A stretch of 64,000 nucleotides of DNA, from NCBI GenBank assembly GCA_964035545.1, contig OZ037766.1, forward strand, positions 16,916,722-16,980,721. The letters run 5' to 3'. Of this stretch, positions 42,986 through 56,700 are shown one piece after another. How positions within the stretch are numbered: position 1 is the first letter of the stretch; each line of letters starts with the position of its first letter. The notes beneath the pieces were generated by a model, which worked only from the letters and a program-made list of their open reading frames with translations, was not told the DNA's origin and searched no databases. The position numbers and the translations under genes were made by a program. The DNA is from Bugula neritina. Taxonomy: Eukaryota > Animalia > Bryozoa.

Positions 42986-44438
42986 ATATATATTTATTTA
43001 ATAATCAAATAGGTTTTTACACACCAACATGCTTTTTTAATCTTGCAGTGTTTTTGCATGTAAGTTTGAATGACGATTTTTTGCATAATTCAGTTTTTCT
43101 CATATATATGGATGAGCCAACATCAACTTTGGATATGTGTAGTTTTGCAATGCGCTACAATTACTGCAGTATATAATACAATATCAATATGCAATATAAT
43201 ATACATTATATAAGCCATAAGAAAGTATAAATAGTATAATATGAATTACAATCTGCTGTTTATTGCATTTTATTTTCTGAATGAAATTACTGCATCCTTT
43301 AACTTTTGTCTACCAAATCTGTGAATACTTCTTTTTTTGCAGATTAAGAAATCCAATCACATTTGGCCCACAATAATACCAAATAAATACCTCCAACGTA
43401 TAACATACCTTAGTTGATCACCGGCAGTTGTCTAGGTAGAACTATTACAGTATTGGGTCATCGGTCACCCATTGTCTTGTAACTCAAACTATTACGACAC
43501 ACAGTATAATTTATATATGATTGTGAATTTGATCTGAAAACTAGGAAGCCAACAGCTGTAAGATAACTACCCACGCTGTAACAAACGGCTAAGTACCAGC
43601 TGATCTAATCTTATCTCTGATGGCATGTTGACACAAACACATACAACTACTTAAACAGCTAAACCATAACTACCTAAAGGTAATAAATACTTTCAACAAC
43701 TACATATAATAGTACACACACAGTAGTTAAATCTATAGTATGAAATTATAGATTTATAGAACTAAGTGGTTTAATATTTGTCTTGATTCTTGCCATAAAT
43801 ACATGTATAAAGACGTATACATAAATACATGTATAAACTTTTATAAGAAACTCACATACATTAAAAAAGATTTTTTCTCTGAAGCTTTTTTTTCAGTTTT
43901 AATGCACAACTCAGGTTTCACATAAAAAATAACATGAACATGCATGTGTATAGCCCAACAAACATTAAACTCCCCCACCCCAAAACAATTTCAAGTTTCA
44001 TTTGTGCAGCAAACACGTGGCTACATAAATTATGCAATATATATCTGCATCTCCACCAAAGACTTTTTAATATTTCAATTGTAGAGGGTACATCTTCTAG
44101 TAGTTGTTTCAATCACAAAATGTCATCACAGGTACAGGATTGTAAAGGTTTATGGGAACAGAAGTTGGTGGTGTCACCTAAATAGAGCGCGCTTCCAACA
44201 CAAACAATTCTTTTACTCTTGCATTGCAAATGGTTGACCTTTATAGCTATCCAAAGTTGAGCAGGGGGGGGGGAGAGGCAAGTATAAATTATTAAATCAT
44301 AAAAAATAAACTGGTGCTAGATATGCTAGAATGAGACTTTTGTTATTATTTGCCCAAATCAATGTGCCAAATTATTAAGTTAAATTTGGATGAGCAGGTA
44401 ATGAGAAAGAAAGAGAAACTTATGCACTTCCAAATAGC

Positions 44439-44444
44439 TTTATT
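44439..44444 (-). terminator. Candidate NFU1 polyadenylation signal
   Basis: AATAAA on the minus strand ~305 nt downstream of the NFU1 stop codon. Confidence 0.4.
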
Positions 44445-44748
44445 TTAACATAAAATATAGTCACAGAAGGTGCAAAAATAATCTAAAATAGAGAAATGTC
44501 GTTGTTTAATAAACCAACATCAATGCTATACTATTGGATAACATTGATGACAGCAGCCAGGAATCATCATCAGTACATGATTTAAGCTTCATGCATGTCT
44601 CATTGAGAAAACCTGTTCATATAATGTATACAATATCAATAGATATGCTGTATAGCTAGCACAGCTGTTGGTGAGCATTATCATAGAGAGGATCACCCGG
44701 TAAAACTAGCTTTTGTTTCATATACCATGCATTTTCAAGATATGACAA

Positions 44749-47700
44749 CTATTTGGGTTTTGGGCGAGTTTTTATATCCATTTCAACCGAATCAAAGACT
44801 GATTGAGAGAGTTCGTCTTCTTCATCTTGAACCTGAAGGATAAAGACAGGAAACAGTTACTTGGTGCATGGTATCACCTCCCTCAGCTTCATGCAACTCA
44901 TACAAATAATAAAAATATTGTCTAATTTTTATATTTACCTGCTCGACCATCTTCACTTCTGGTATATAAAATTGCATCATATTCTGAACACCTGCTTTGA
45001 GTGTCACCGAAGAACTTGGACACCCAGTACAAGCACCTTGCATCTTCAACTTTAAAACACCTGTTTCGTTATTAAAGTCCTACAATATAATGAAATTTAC
45101 AATGCAGGGCTTTACCTACACGACTAGTCTGGAGTATTGAAATACAGCTGCTAGCGCAAGCAGATACTCTTCATGTATTGCACATTGGGAAAACAACTCT
45201 CAGCAACCAGGAGTTTGCAGGAATAAATGAAATGCCAAGAAAAAGTGACCTAGAAGAAACCTTCACTACCCGCCAATTCTAATACTAAACAACACAGAAA
45301 AGGTGTTTCTTTGTTTAACCCGCTACCTGGTTGAACCGATTAGTTTATTCAATTTATTCATATACCCACTAACCTAATAATTTTATCCAATGGAAACACA
45401 GTTCATTAGGCAATTGCATTGCTTGTGCGAACAGAAAGTAGATTAAAACTCCATTACACCCATAACTAAATTTTGCAAAGAACTAAACTCACAAACAATT
45501 TTCAACATGATTTTCTATACATGTTGTATGTTTGCACCTTTTAGACAGTATTACTTTTGTAGAGATAGACAGCCTCTGTATACAGAGAACATAAAACTTA
45601 AATTTGATAGACGATTACTGTATGAGTTTCAAAAGCAACACAAACAATAGACATTTTAATAACAAATTAAGACAGGTACATACATATGCAGTGGTGAATT
45701 CAAAGATTATGAGCAGAAATACAAAGCAGCAATTCATTAGTGGAAGAGAAGATAATTACCACATATAAAATATCTCCACCATCTTCCTGCACAGTTGGTC
45801 GAATCTTTGTGTCTAAAAGCTCTTTAATAAAAAGCACCGTTTCATCGTCATCTTCACTAGTCTCTACAGCATGTAGCAATATTGTCACAATACCACCTGG
45901 TTGGATAGTTGATCATTTATTTCCTGTAGGTGTTCCACTATATATATTTTTTCAAGTTCTAAAATGCTGCTATTTGTACAGAGAAAGAACTGCCACTGAA
46001 AATAAAGTTATCAGGCAGTTATAGAGCACAGAACTGCATCCTCAACACTTTTTACATGAAAAACATATTTGCAAATTGCTAAATAAACATCCTGGGATAT
46101 GGTGTACATAACTCAAGCACTTATTAAAAATATATAACATGACTATTACACAAACACGCACATACATAAATACAGTGTGAGCAATTTACTCGCCACACGA
46201 TTTTAGGAACAGCTGTTAGATGAGAAAATTCAAATACAAATGAACAACAATAACTTTGTTTGAGAAAGAAATAAAAAGCCCACTGCCAACAAACCTGTAG
46301 CAGTAGAAGCTTGCTCAAACCCTTCATTAATAATGGGCAGTCCTGAAGCCAAGAAATCTGTGATGGTAGCAAGAACCTCAGCTTTCAGCTCTAACCAGTC
46401 TAAAGTATCATCATCTGCCTTGGTCACAGTAACGAAGTCAGTACCATAGAACACCCCCACCACACCAGGTATACGAAACAAAGCTCTGTAATATAGATAG
46501 TATATGATATTTTCAACATACATGATATATGAGATTTGCAATATACATGAGTAGTATAGTGAAGACATTTGGTACACATTTTAACATAGCATAGCCCTCT
46601 TAACCATTGAAATTTTTGCTCCTCCTGTGTTTTACTAAGAGTAGTGATGTAACTTAAAGGAAGATGTCAGTATGACAGTGTTGTAAGTTAAATTGAATGT
46701 ATTATTGATTTGAAATGCAAGAGGGTTTTATTGGAGCTAAATGGGTAAGCTTGTAAATCATGATTACATATGATGGTTTAGCTGCAATTTTCAACAACCA
46801 GTGCTTTTTTACTGCATGATGCTATGTGTTAGTCTATCTCACATCAATTATGTGATAAGTAGAGGTATACAAGGTACACACTTTAGCATGGCATAGCCCT
46901 ATGAACCTTTGAAATTTTTGCTCCTCCTGCTTTTGACTAAAAGCAGTGGTGTAACCTATAGCAAGTTACTCAAGCGGCATTGCTCGTAACTAAATTAAAT
47001 AATCAATATTTTAGTAATATTAATGATGATATAGCACCTAAACCTGGTAGTAAGTTAAGAATGTATATTGACCTAATCATGGTTAACAAAAGTGTCAAAC
47101 AGGAAGTATACCCCTTACCTAGAATCTCCGATATACTAACACACCTAGCAGAAGGCACTATGTTTTCTAAGTTAAAAGCAAATTTAGGATTTTGGCGGAT
47201 AAAAATTCACGAGGCCAGTAAATTGTACACTACTTTTGTAACTCTTTGGGGTAGGTTTTGTCTCAATAGGATGCCATTTGGCATTTCCTCAGTCCGGATG
47301 TTTTTTAAAGAAACAATGGAAAAAATACTGCTTGGCTTAGAGGGAGTGATATGTATGATGGATGATGTACTAGTGTTCGGCGCCACTCCAGCCCAACATT
47401 GGGCTAGATTGGGTAAAGTTTTAGATAGGATAGCAACTTCAGGAATGACCCTGAAGAAGGAAAAACATGAGTTTGGCTGCTCAGAAGTCAAGTTCATGGG
47501 CCATGTAGTCAATACGGCTGGCATTAAACTTGATCCAGAAAAAGTTTAATGCAAAGGAAGAAGGAACAAGAAGGAAGCTAGAAGGTTCACAAGTACGGTT
47601 AACTACCTAAGCAAGTTCAGCTCTAAGCTTGCGAGATTATGCCTGCCTATCCATGCTAATGATAGCGGTGCTGAAGGAATTGTTCTTGGGAAGCACAACA

Positions 47701-50700
47701 CCCCAGATAGCTACTGAGTAAAAGTAGGCTTTAGCGAAATCAGGAAAAACAGGAAGCATCTAAAGTTGTTACCAATGAACTTTTCTGAAGCCAGGGAGGA
47801 TGATACTCCTGCAACAGCCAGGAAGTTAGAATACGATGAGTTAGATGCTCAACTGGATGGCCCAGTCAGCCCAGTTAAAACTTCCTAAAAAGAAGTGTCA
47901 CACACGCTCGACGATGACATCTCTTTTCCCGAGGAGGTTGGAGTTAGAACTAAAGATTGTGAGGAAGTGGTGCAATCTGACAAAGAGCAAGCTGCTGTCA
48001 TCACAAGGAGTGGGAGGCAAATTAGGAATAAAAGGTTTGATGATCATGTGTATTATTGATTGTTTTCCACTATGTTTTAGAAACATGAGCGAAGAACAAA
48101 CTAAAGGCGACTAGAAATGAAAGGTGAAAAAGAAAAAAGGGAGGAGGGAAAAACCTATGACACATGGGGAGTCCACCGACTCAGAAGAAGGCACAAGGAC
48201 CACCAAGTTATGCTTGGTGAAAAAGGATGAAAACGAGACTATTGTAACTGCAGTAGCCATCACAAGGGACGACCAGCCTAGAAGAGTGCTGTGTGGCAAC
48301 AGGGGCAAACTGAGCTGCATGCTTTGCAGGGCTAAGAGGGACCATATAGCAACCCACTGTCCGGGACAATTTTGCCACAAGTGCCGCGAACACGGTCACT
48401 GGGCTAGGGACTGCCCCCGCAAAAGCCAGTGCAGGTGGTGCCACAGCACTGAGTACCAGATAAAGGAATGCCCTATAGGTGGTAAGATATTCACAACCAC
48501 CTCAGTCAAAAAGTCTGCAGATGAGGTCAAGGTGGCATACACACCCACGGGCCCGGAACCTGCTAAGGTGGTAAAGTTGGAGAACACTATGCAAAGCTAT
48601 GCTTCCGCAGTAAGTAACCAGACAACTAAAAGCAAAACCTGTTACCAGTACACATGCTAACATAAGTTGTTTCATAGACAGTTTCAGTGACTTCAAGGAG
48701 GAAGACCTCAGACTCCAGATTGAAATGGTCAAAAAAGAGCGAGAGATCGAGATGAGATGCCATGAGGCTAAAATGGCTGAGTTGGCGAAGAGAGAAAAGG
48801 AGGCACTCCAAACCTTGAGAAACCATTCCAAACTACAGTCAATGCTGGCCCAGCCCATAGATGTGCAGGGTATGGAGACTGATGGGGAGCAGGAGATACC
48901 AACAGAGGTACCTAGTGTGATTGCTAAGAAATTGCCGGTGGGCGACCTAGGTCAAACACCTGGTAAAGCGGCTGTGCAGGAAGTTCACCTCGGTGGCACG
49001 CTGTTAGCTCATCCTGGTGGTGCTAACAATGATCACCTAGGTAATCAGGTTCACGACCACTCTGATGGTCAAGTTAAAGTCCACTCTGGTGGCACTTTGG
49101 AGACCCACTCAGGTAGATAACAAGTTGCGGTGCAGGGCGATAAGGTGGATGACGTTAGTCTGAAACCAGACAGCCCAGAAGCTGGTGTTCATTCACCAAC
49201 TTGCATTGTCGTGTCGACAAAGAAGAAGGAGCCCGGCGATGATGGCCAGGAGACCATAGATTATGGTGTTGGCGAAAAAACCGGAGACTGGTTTGACCCC
49301 GGCTGTAAACGATTGAAATAATTGTCAATAACACTTTGCGTTACAGTCTATTTTATAATTGGCTGACCCGCTGTGCAGTGCTGCGGTGCCGCAGTAACCT
49401 TGCATCCCGTACAGTTGCGTGTCTGAGCTGCTAGGCTGTTCAGTGCGATTTTATTGACATAGTTGACTCGGTCTGATGATTTCCCGCACTTTTTGTTTTG
49501 TAACTTGTAACATAAACACAGTGAAATGCAGTACAAGGAAAGCTCAAGAGCCACAGATCTTTGATGGCGCCCAAATAGAATTCGTAGAGTGGGAAGCAGA
49601 CTTTGACGCATACGTAGAATCTGAGGGCATGAATGGAAAAGTATCGAGATATTTGAGGAAATCTCTCTCTGGGAAGGCAAGGACAGCTGTTGGTGGACAA
49701 CTTTTAAAAAGTTCGGCTTAAGCGTATGATGCTGCTAGAAAGCAATTACGAGTAAGATTTGGAGATCAGTTTGGAGTTTGCAGGGCACTTAGAGTGAAGT
49801 TAAATGAATGGCCGAAGATTACCGCCAAAAACCTTGAAGATCTTAGAGAGTTTGGTGATTTTCTACTTTACCTACAGGGAGCTAAGAGAAGAAATACAGA
49901 GCTGGCATGTCTTAATGACAGCTTTGAGAACGAAAAGATGGTTGCCAAGTTACCTAACTACCTTATAGAAAGATGGACAGAAGCAATCAAAAACAAGCGC
50001 CGCTTGAATGGTAAATATCCCTCATTTGAAGAAATTGCTTGTTTCATAGATAATGCAGCACAAACCGCCTGTGAGCCTATTATGACTTTAAGATACAAAG
50101 AACCTACAAAAAAAGACACTTACTTGGAAAAACAACCCCGTGCAGGTAACCACACCAAAGTACGTTCCACTAAAACTAAAATGCATCATGCATGTGCTTA
50201 CTGCAAGCGAGGAGGTGGGGACAACATAGAAAACTGCTGGACTTTTGAAAGGCTCTTTCGAGATGATCAAGAGAAATATGTCAAAGAAAACAGACTATGA
50301 TGGGGATGCTTGAAACCTGGCCACATGAGTAAAGATTGTAAAAACCGACTTTCGTGCCGGCACCCAACCTCTATTCACCGTGAAAATTGGGCACCAAAGC
50401 CATCTAAAAGCCATGCAAATACACCCAAGGAGCCGCAATCACAAGAAAATAAGACAACAAACTATAACTCACAAAACCAACCTGAAACTAAAAATGTGGC
50501 TGTGAAGTATACTTGGTCCTCTAACCCAGCACATTCAATTGGATCATGCCTGTATATGTGTCAACGGATGAAGATGACAAGGAAATACCTGTATATGCAG
50601 AGTTTGATACTCAGTCTGATTGCTCATTTTTAAGAAGTGATGTAGCTAAACAGCTTAGGACTAGATCAATACGAACCATCATAAATGTTGCCACGCTAAA

Positions 50701-53700
50701 TGGCGAGAAAGATACAGAGTAAGATAGATACCTGAATTTGAAAATTAGAGGCTAAAGAGGAAAAGAGATATTGCCTCTTGAAGCTTATGGCTAGAATAAT
50801 CTATCTTTTAATCGTAAAGAGATACCCGACAAAGTTAATGTTTCAAAACATCCAAATTTACGACAAATAGCAAATAAACTTCTTCCAGCCCATGGCATAC
50901 CTATAGCCAAGGTTATAGGTCGAAACTGTGCTGATGCCTTTGCCCCTATAGAGATTATCAAAGGCAATTCGGGTAAACCATTTCCCTTGAAATCTGTTCT
51001 TGGCTGGCTTATCATGGGTGGTGAGAAACGCACTAGTACCAAAACTAGTCATTCTACCAAAGTTAAAGTAAATACATGTAAAGTTTTACCACACCTACCA
51101 GCAGATGAAGAAGGCGATATAATTGTATCACAAGATGACTTGAGATTTCTCTCTATCATGAACAAGAACGCGATCAAGACACAAAATGGAGAATATCAAA
51201 TGCCACTACCATTTAAACAAAGACCAATTTTGCCAAACAACAGAAGACAAGCTTAACACAGACTAGAGTGTCTAATGAAAAAGTTGAAATCTGATCCTGT
51301 GTTTGAACGGAAATACATAGACTTCATGGATGAACTATTAGTTAACTATTATGCCGAGGAAATCATAAACGAAAAGTGTACATTGGGAGAAGTTTGGTAC
51401 ATACCCCACTTTGCAGTCAAGCATCCGAAGAAAGATAAGATTCATGTTGTGTTTGACTGCAGTGCAAGATTTTCTCAAACATCAATCAACGACCACCTAC
51501 TTCAAGGCCTCGATCAGCTGAACAGTCTCATTAGAATTCTATGCCGATATAGAAAGGAACAAATTGCCGTTACCTGTGACATAGAAAAGATGTTCTACAA
51601 TTTCTTTGTTGATCCCGCAGATAGAGACTACTTGCGGTTTTTATGGCCTACTGAGGATGGCGTAGTCAAGGAGTATCTTATGACCGTGCACTTATTTGGT
51701 GCAACTTCATTACCAGCTGTAGCTACGTATGGATTGAAAAAGCTAGCAGCTGAAAATGTGCATCAGTATCCTCGAGCATCGTCATTCATCCAGAAAAACC
51801 TTTATGTTGAAAACGGAGTGACGAGCGTTAGTGACGTAGAAACTGCCAAAAGATTGATAAAGGATTCAGTAACATTGTGTTCTAAAGCTAACCTTCAACT
51901 CCACAACTTGGCTGACCCGCTGTGCAGTGCTGCGGTTATGTGGTCGCAGTAACATTGCATCCCGTATAGTTGCTTGTCTGAGCTGCTAGGCCGTTTAGTG
52001 CGATTTGATTGACTTAGTTGACTCGGTCTGATGATTTTCCAAACTTTTTGTTTTGTAACTTTCGCGCAGCAAAGTAATTGGGTAATGGGCAGCATTAGAG
52101 CAGCAGACGACAAATCAGTCATTATAAAGTTGTATTTTAATTGAAAGTCGCACTGAAGATAAAGTTGTATTTATCTTAAAGTTAGTCAAGCAGATAGTTA
52201 TAATCATCTTAAAGTTACACAAATAGTTGGCGTTTCATGAGATTAAAGAGAACTAAAGGTATGTTTTTTCTAAATAAAATAATTTGAATATCTTGTCAAT
52301 TTGAGTACTTAAATGAATTTAACTGTATTTGTAATATGTTTTTAGTAATAAATGCCATCAATTTATAATATCATCAATCATGTTATTAGCATAAATTTTT
52401 GTTGTGTATATAAGTTTTGTTGACAGTTAGGTTTTATTAGTGTAGCGTAAGCAATGTTGTTTATCTTTCAGAATTCATGTTGGTGTTTAAAATAATAAAG
52501 TAAATACATCATCAGTAAACTTTATCTCCGAAGTCTCTGAATTGCTACACCAGCAATCAGTAACGCTTAGTTAGATACCAGCAAGGTAAGTTTATATCTA
52601 TACCTAAACCCCTTATTTCCCTGTTGGTATGACACCTAACAAGCTCGCTTGCTGAACTAACGGATAAGGTTAATATCATTTCATGGTGTGGCTTAAAGCT
52701 TAATTGTGAACTTTGAGATAAAAGTTTGGGTAAAGGTAGGTATCTCATGAGTTCCTTTTTATAACCTTGAGTAACCTTCCTAAAAATGGAAATGCTACTG
52801 CTTCAGGCTACTTACACAAATATCTTCCATGATTTTCTTAATTATATTCTCAAAATGGGAGCATAGAATATAATGTAACTAATAGTATTAGCAGGTTAGC
52901 GAACGCTGACTAGACATTATTAGATACTGAGATGACTCGCCTTACCATATCTGTATATACATATATGTACATACATATATATTATATATATATATATATA
53001 TGAAGAAATCATAAATAAATTGAAGAGTTCCGTCCCAAAATGGGACAGCGGCGATTTTTGAATAAATTGAAATTTTGTTCTAAAACTTTAAATAGTGCAA
53101 CCAAGCTCCCTATTATTTTTATTTTGTTCAAAATAGATCACAACCATTATTTTTAACTCCAGCAAAAAAATGAAATTTTTTCTTAGTGGTGTATATTTTA
53201 GGAAGTTTCCTATCAAAATTGGACAAATCTGAATATCTTAATGAAATTCATTGTTAGCACAACGTTGTTTAATTGTTGCGCACACAATCATTTACCGGAG
53301 TACACATTCAAAATGGCCTCGCCGAACAATTCATGTATTAGCTCTTTAGAGAAAACTATCCAGCAAACTTTATCCTATAGCAGTAGTAAAAAATGACAAA
53401 ATGTGGTAAAAACACCAGAGGACTATAAAAAGAGCTCTACACTCCGAAAAGGGGAAGGAGCCTAAAAAAGACTGTATTCACCCTGCTAGCACCTTTTGTA
53501 AAGTTTGCTCTTTCGCGGTAGATAATTAAAGCTTCAACTTTTAACAAAAATCCAATTTGACTGAGAAAGTTGAACAGAATAGAGATTCTGCTTTTGCTGA
53601 AAATCAATGACTTATCAAGAGTGAGAGTAGATGATGTTGGCAGAAAGAAAAAGAAGGAGTAAAAAGTGACCTATCAATTGATGCAAGCAACTGATCGGTT

Positions 53701-56700
53701 ACTAGTTGAAGTGTGCCGAGCTACTTTTTTGTCTGTTTTGGGTAGGTGTCTTAAATCATTCAAATTCCTATAAACATCTGAATTAAAACACTTACTAATA
53801 ACAGCTCTTTAGAGATATCAAATGTACATAAAAAACTAGCTGCCAAACAGGCCATTCATGTTTGAATGTAACACCAAAAATATAAAATAACATTTATAAA
53901 TTTTCAAACCATTTGCCACTAAAGAGATTTTGGTTTTGTTTATCATAAACAAATTATTGTATAAAAAATTGTTCTACTTTTCTTCTTTCAATGTTTTAGG
54001 TTATAAACAGTCGCAGAAAGACTGACTATAACTGTAGCTGAAACCCCTTTAATTAAATATCAAGAGAGTGTTTGTAACTAATTTAATAATGACGAACACT
54101 TCATGCAACTTGAATCATTTTTTGAATAGTTCATTTGAGCAACTAGTAGGCTAAAGTTTTATACAGAATTTTGCTGAAAAACTCAAGCTAGTCAGCTTAA
54201 ATGAGCTAATATAGTAGGCATTATATGATTTTAATTTCTATCTTAGTAGGGTTACGGCACATTGCTTCCTTCTGTAAAGCCATGAGGTGATGATAAATTC
54301 TTCATATTTCAGCTGTCACCAAACGCCGTGTACACGGAATTGCTCAGCACCATGAACAGCATAAAACGTGTCGTCTAAAGAACCGAGGTTGGGCAATGCA
54401 GGTAGCCAAGTACTCAAAAATGAGGTGCCCCAGGAAAAAATATCTGAGCAGTGACTTGTGCAGAGCCAAAATGGACCAGATGTTTATAGAACATGAGGAC
54501 ATTATTATAAACACTGGCATAAACTAGAACTTGAACTGGTCAGTCTTCATTATCAATATAATCTGGGACTTGGTTTACCGGCTGCCGACTTCTGCTCCAC
54601 AAACATTTCGTACAAGTTTCAACTAAAAGACATATTACTAGATGATGTAGAGAAATCAAGGATGATGACAGCCTTTGTTCTTCACCAACGAAAAGCTCAG
54701 GTTTTCTATAACTAGCTAGGTATGCAGATACCAGACTTTTTTACAAGATGTTTTGACATCATAGAGAACTTGCCATTACCAAGAACCGCTGTTGGGCAAA
54801 TGTATTACTCACGTCAGTTGTACGTGTATGTCTTTGGCATCGTTGTGCACTACGGCAAAGACTCAGTTCAAAGCCCTGACAACGAACTGCTGTATACTTG
54901 GTGTGAGGATCAAGGCTTGAAAGACAGCAATATAATTGCCTCAGCTGTTAATCATGCACTGTTACAACCTCTTGCTAACTGATTAGGCAGTATCAATACG
55001 CTAAGAACTTGTTCAGATTCTTTCTTCAGCCAAAACAAAAAAAATGATCAGCATGTTTCTGAGTCTTGCAGCTAGTCACTCTTCAAGTAAAAAAAATAAG
55101 TCAGTGTATAACTTTTCAATTCGTGGTCATAGCTACCTTCCCGCTGATCGTGTCTTTGGTCGCCTTGAGCAGGACATAAGGAAGGCAGAGCAAATTCTCC
55201 TGCCATCATAATATATCACTATAATGAGGAAACACAGACAAGCGATGCAGTATCAGAAAGGAAGTAAAACGCTTGATGAAAGCTGCAGAATCATTTCAAA
55301 TAAATAAGAGGGAAAGCCACTGAGCCACTATATGCCTTAACGAGGCATACAGTGGGTAAGTAACAGTACATTTTGTGCTCAAATGTAGTAAAGGCTACAC
55401 AAGGTTTGCACTGTCTATTCTCTCGTGTCAAAGAATGTTAGCAGAGCAACATTTTTAATTTTCCCGCTGCAATAAGTGTCAGTGCAGAAATCTATGAGAA
55501 GCATGGTCAAATGCTGTCAGAGTCCACTACTGACACACTCTCTAAATAAGAGTAACATTGTATTTTATTGACATCAGCTTTTACATCTTTGTTTTTAATT
55601 TTTCTTTTATTGTAAAATATGGCCAATTTGCCTGCTCGGTTTGTTCCTATAGCTACACATACTGCCTTGTTGTACCAAAATGACTTTGAATGAGATACGA
55701 CTACTTTTACTTTAAAAATATTGATGCTCAAGAAAGACTTTACTTGCCAAGAAGGTTCAAACAAAATACTGGGTTCACCGTTCACCCAATAAACCTGAAG
55801 CTTCAAGCTTCAAAAAACAAAATGCTCAATCTAGGCACAAAAATTATTTTAGAATGTCGGTGGAGAAATTCGAATTTTCGTTCAGACTCGTTGCTCCTAT
55901 TCTTACCAAGCAAGACACAAATATGCGTCAAGCAATTGAAACTCTCTTGAAGTTGGCAGTCACATTACACCATTTTGCTGAAAATAGTAGTCATAAAAGT
56001 ATAGCTAATCCCTACAGGCTCGGAAGATCCACTGTATCAAATATCATTTATGCTACATGTAATACTCTTTATAAAGCTTTACAGCTAACTTATTTAGCCA
56101 TCCCAAAAGACAAAGAAGAATGGAAGAATATAGCTGAGGGGTTTATATTTACTAGAACTATGCTACTGTGTTACAACTAATAACTTATAATATGTATTAA
56201 CTGCTGACTGAATTTGCATACTGTGGGTCATTCACTCACAATCACCCAGTTTTGCTTTTTAAGAATTGAAGAAAAATAGAATTTTTCAAACTTCATCGTG
56301 CTGCGGATGAGAAACATTGTACTATCCTAAAGCCTAAAAATACAGGCTTTGACTATTACACCTACAAATAGCCTTTCTCTATTGTACTGCTAGCTATATA
56401 CAACAGCAACCACAAATTTCTGATGACAGATGTTGACTCAAGTGAAAGTAACAATGATGCTGAAGTTTGAGCAAAATCTAAATTTTCCCAAGGATTAGAA
56501 AGCTTTGCATGACAGTATTTTTGTTCTCTCAATAGCTATACAATGAATATTGTGTGAATTATCTGTTGTATGCTTACAATCACCAAATTGTCTTTAGGCA
56601 CTATCAATTCACCACACCCATCAGCTTTATCTGGTTCTGCAACTCAATTCCCATACATGCTTGTTGGCGATGAAGCATTTTTTTCAAACCATTTTTGATG

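Larger units (their letters stand above)
49359..52555 (+). mobile_element. Bel/Pao LTR retrotransposon remnant (gag, protease, RT; 3' pol deleted) with LTR-like direct repeats
   Basis: Gag: [11 protein letters not shown]...LSGKARTAV...RFG...EWPKI...[20 protein letters not shown]...HPTSIH. Protease-like [13 protein letters not shown]. Pao-type RT: [24 protein letters not shown]...LLQG...CDIEKMF...HLFGATS...YVEN (decayed YVDD). Many stops and frameshifts. Right boundary approximate. Confidence 0.9.

Noticed and set aside
43795-43837. Short tandem duplication cataaatacatgtataaa and nearby poly-G run at ~44264
   Set aside because: Ordinary slippage-type low-complexity sequence with no further structure.
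49318-52560. TG...CA LTR boundaries with 5 bp TSD for the Bel/Pao element (49323 to 52555)
   Set aside because: Flanks ataat versus atcag do not match convincingly, so the exact ends are left undefined.
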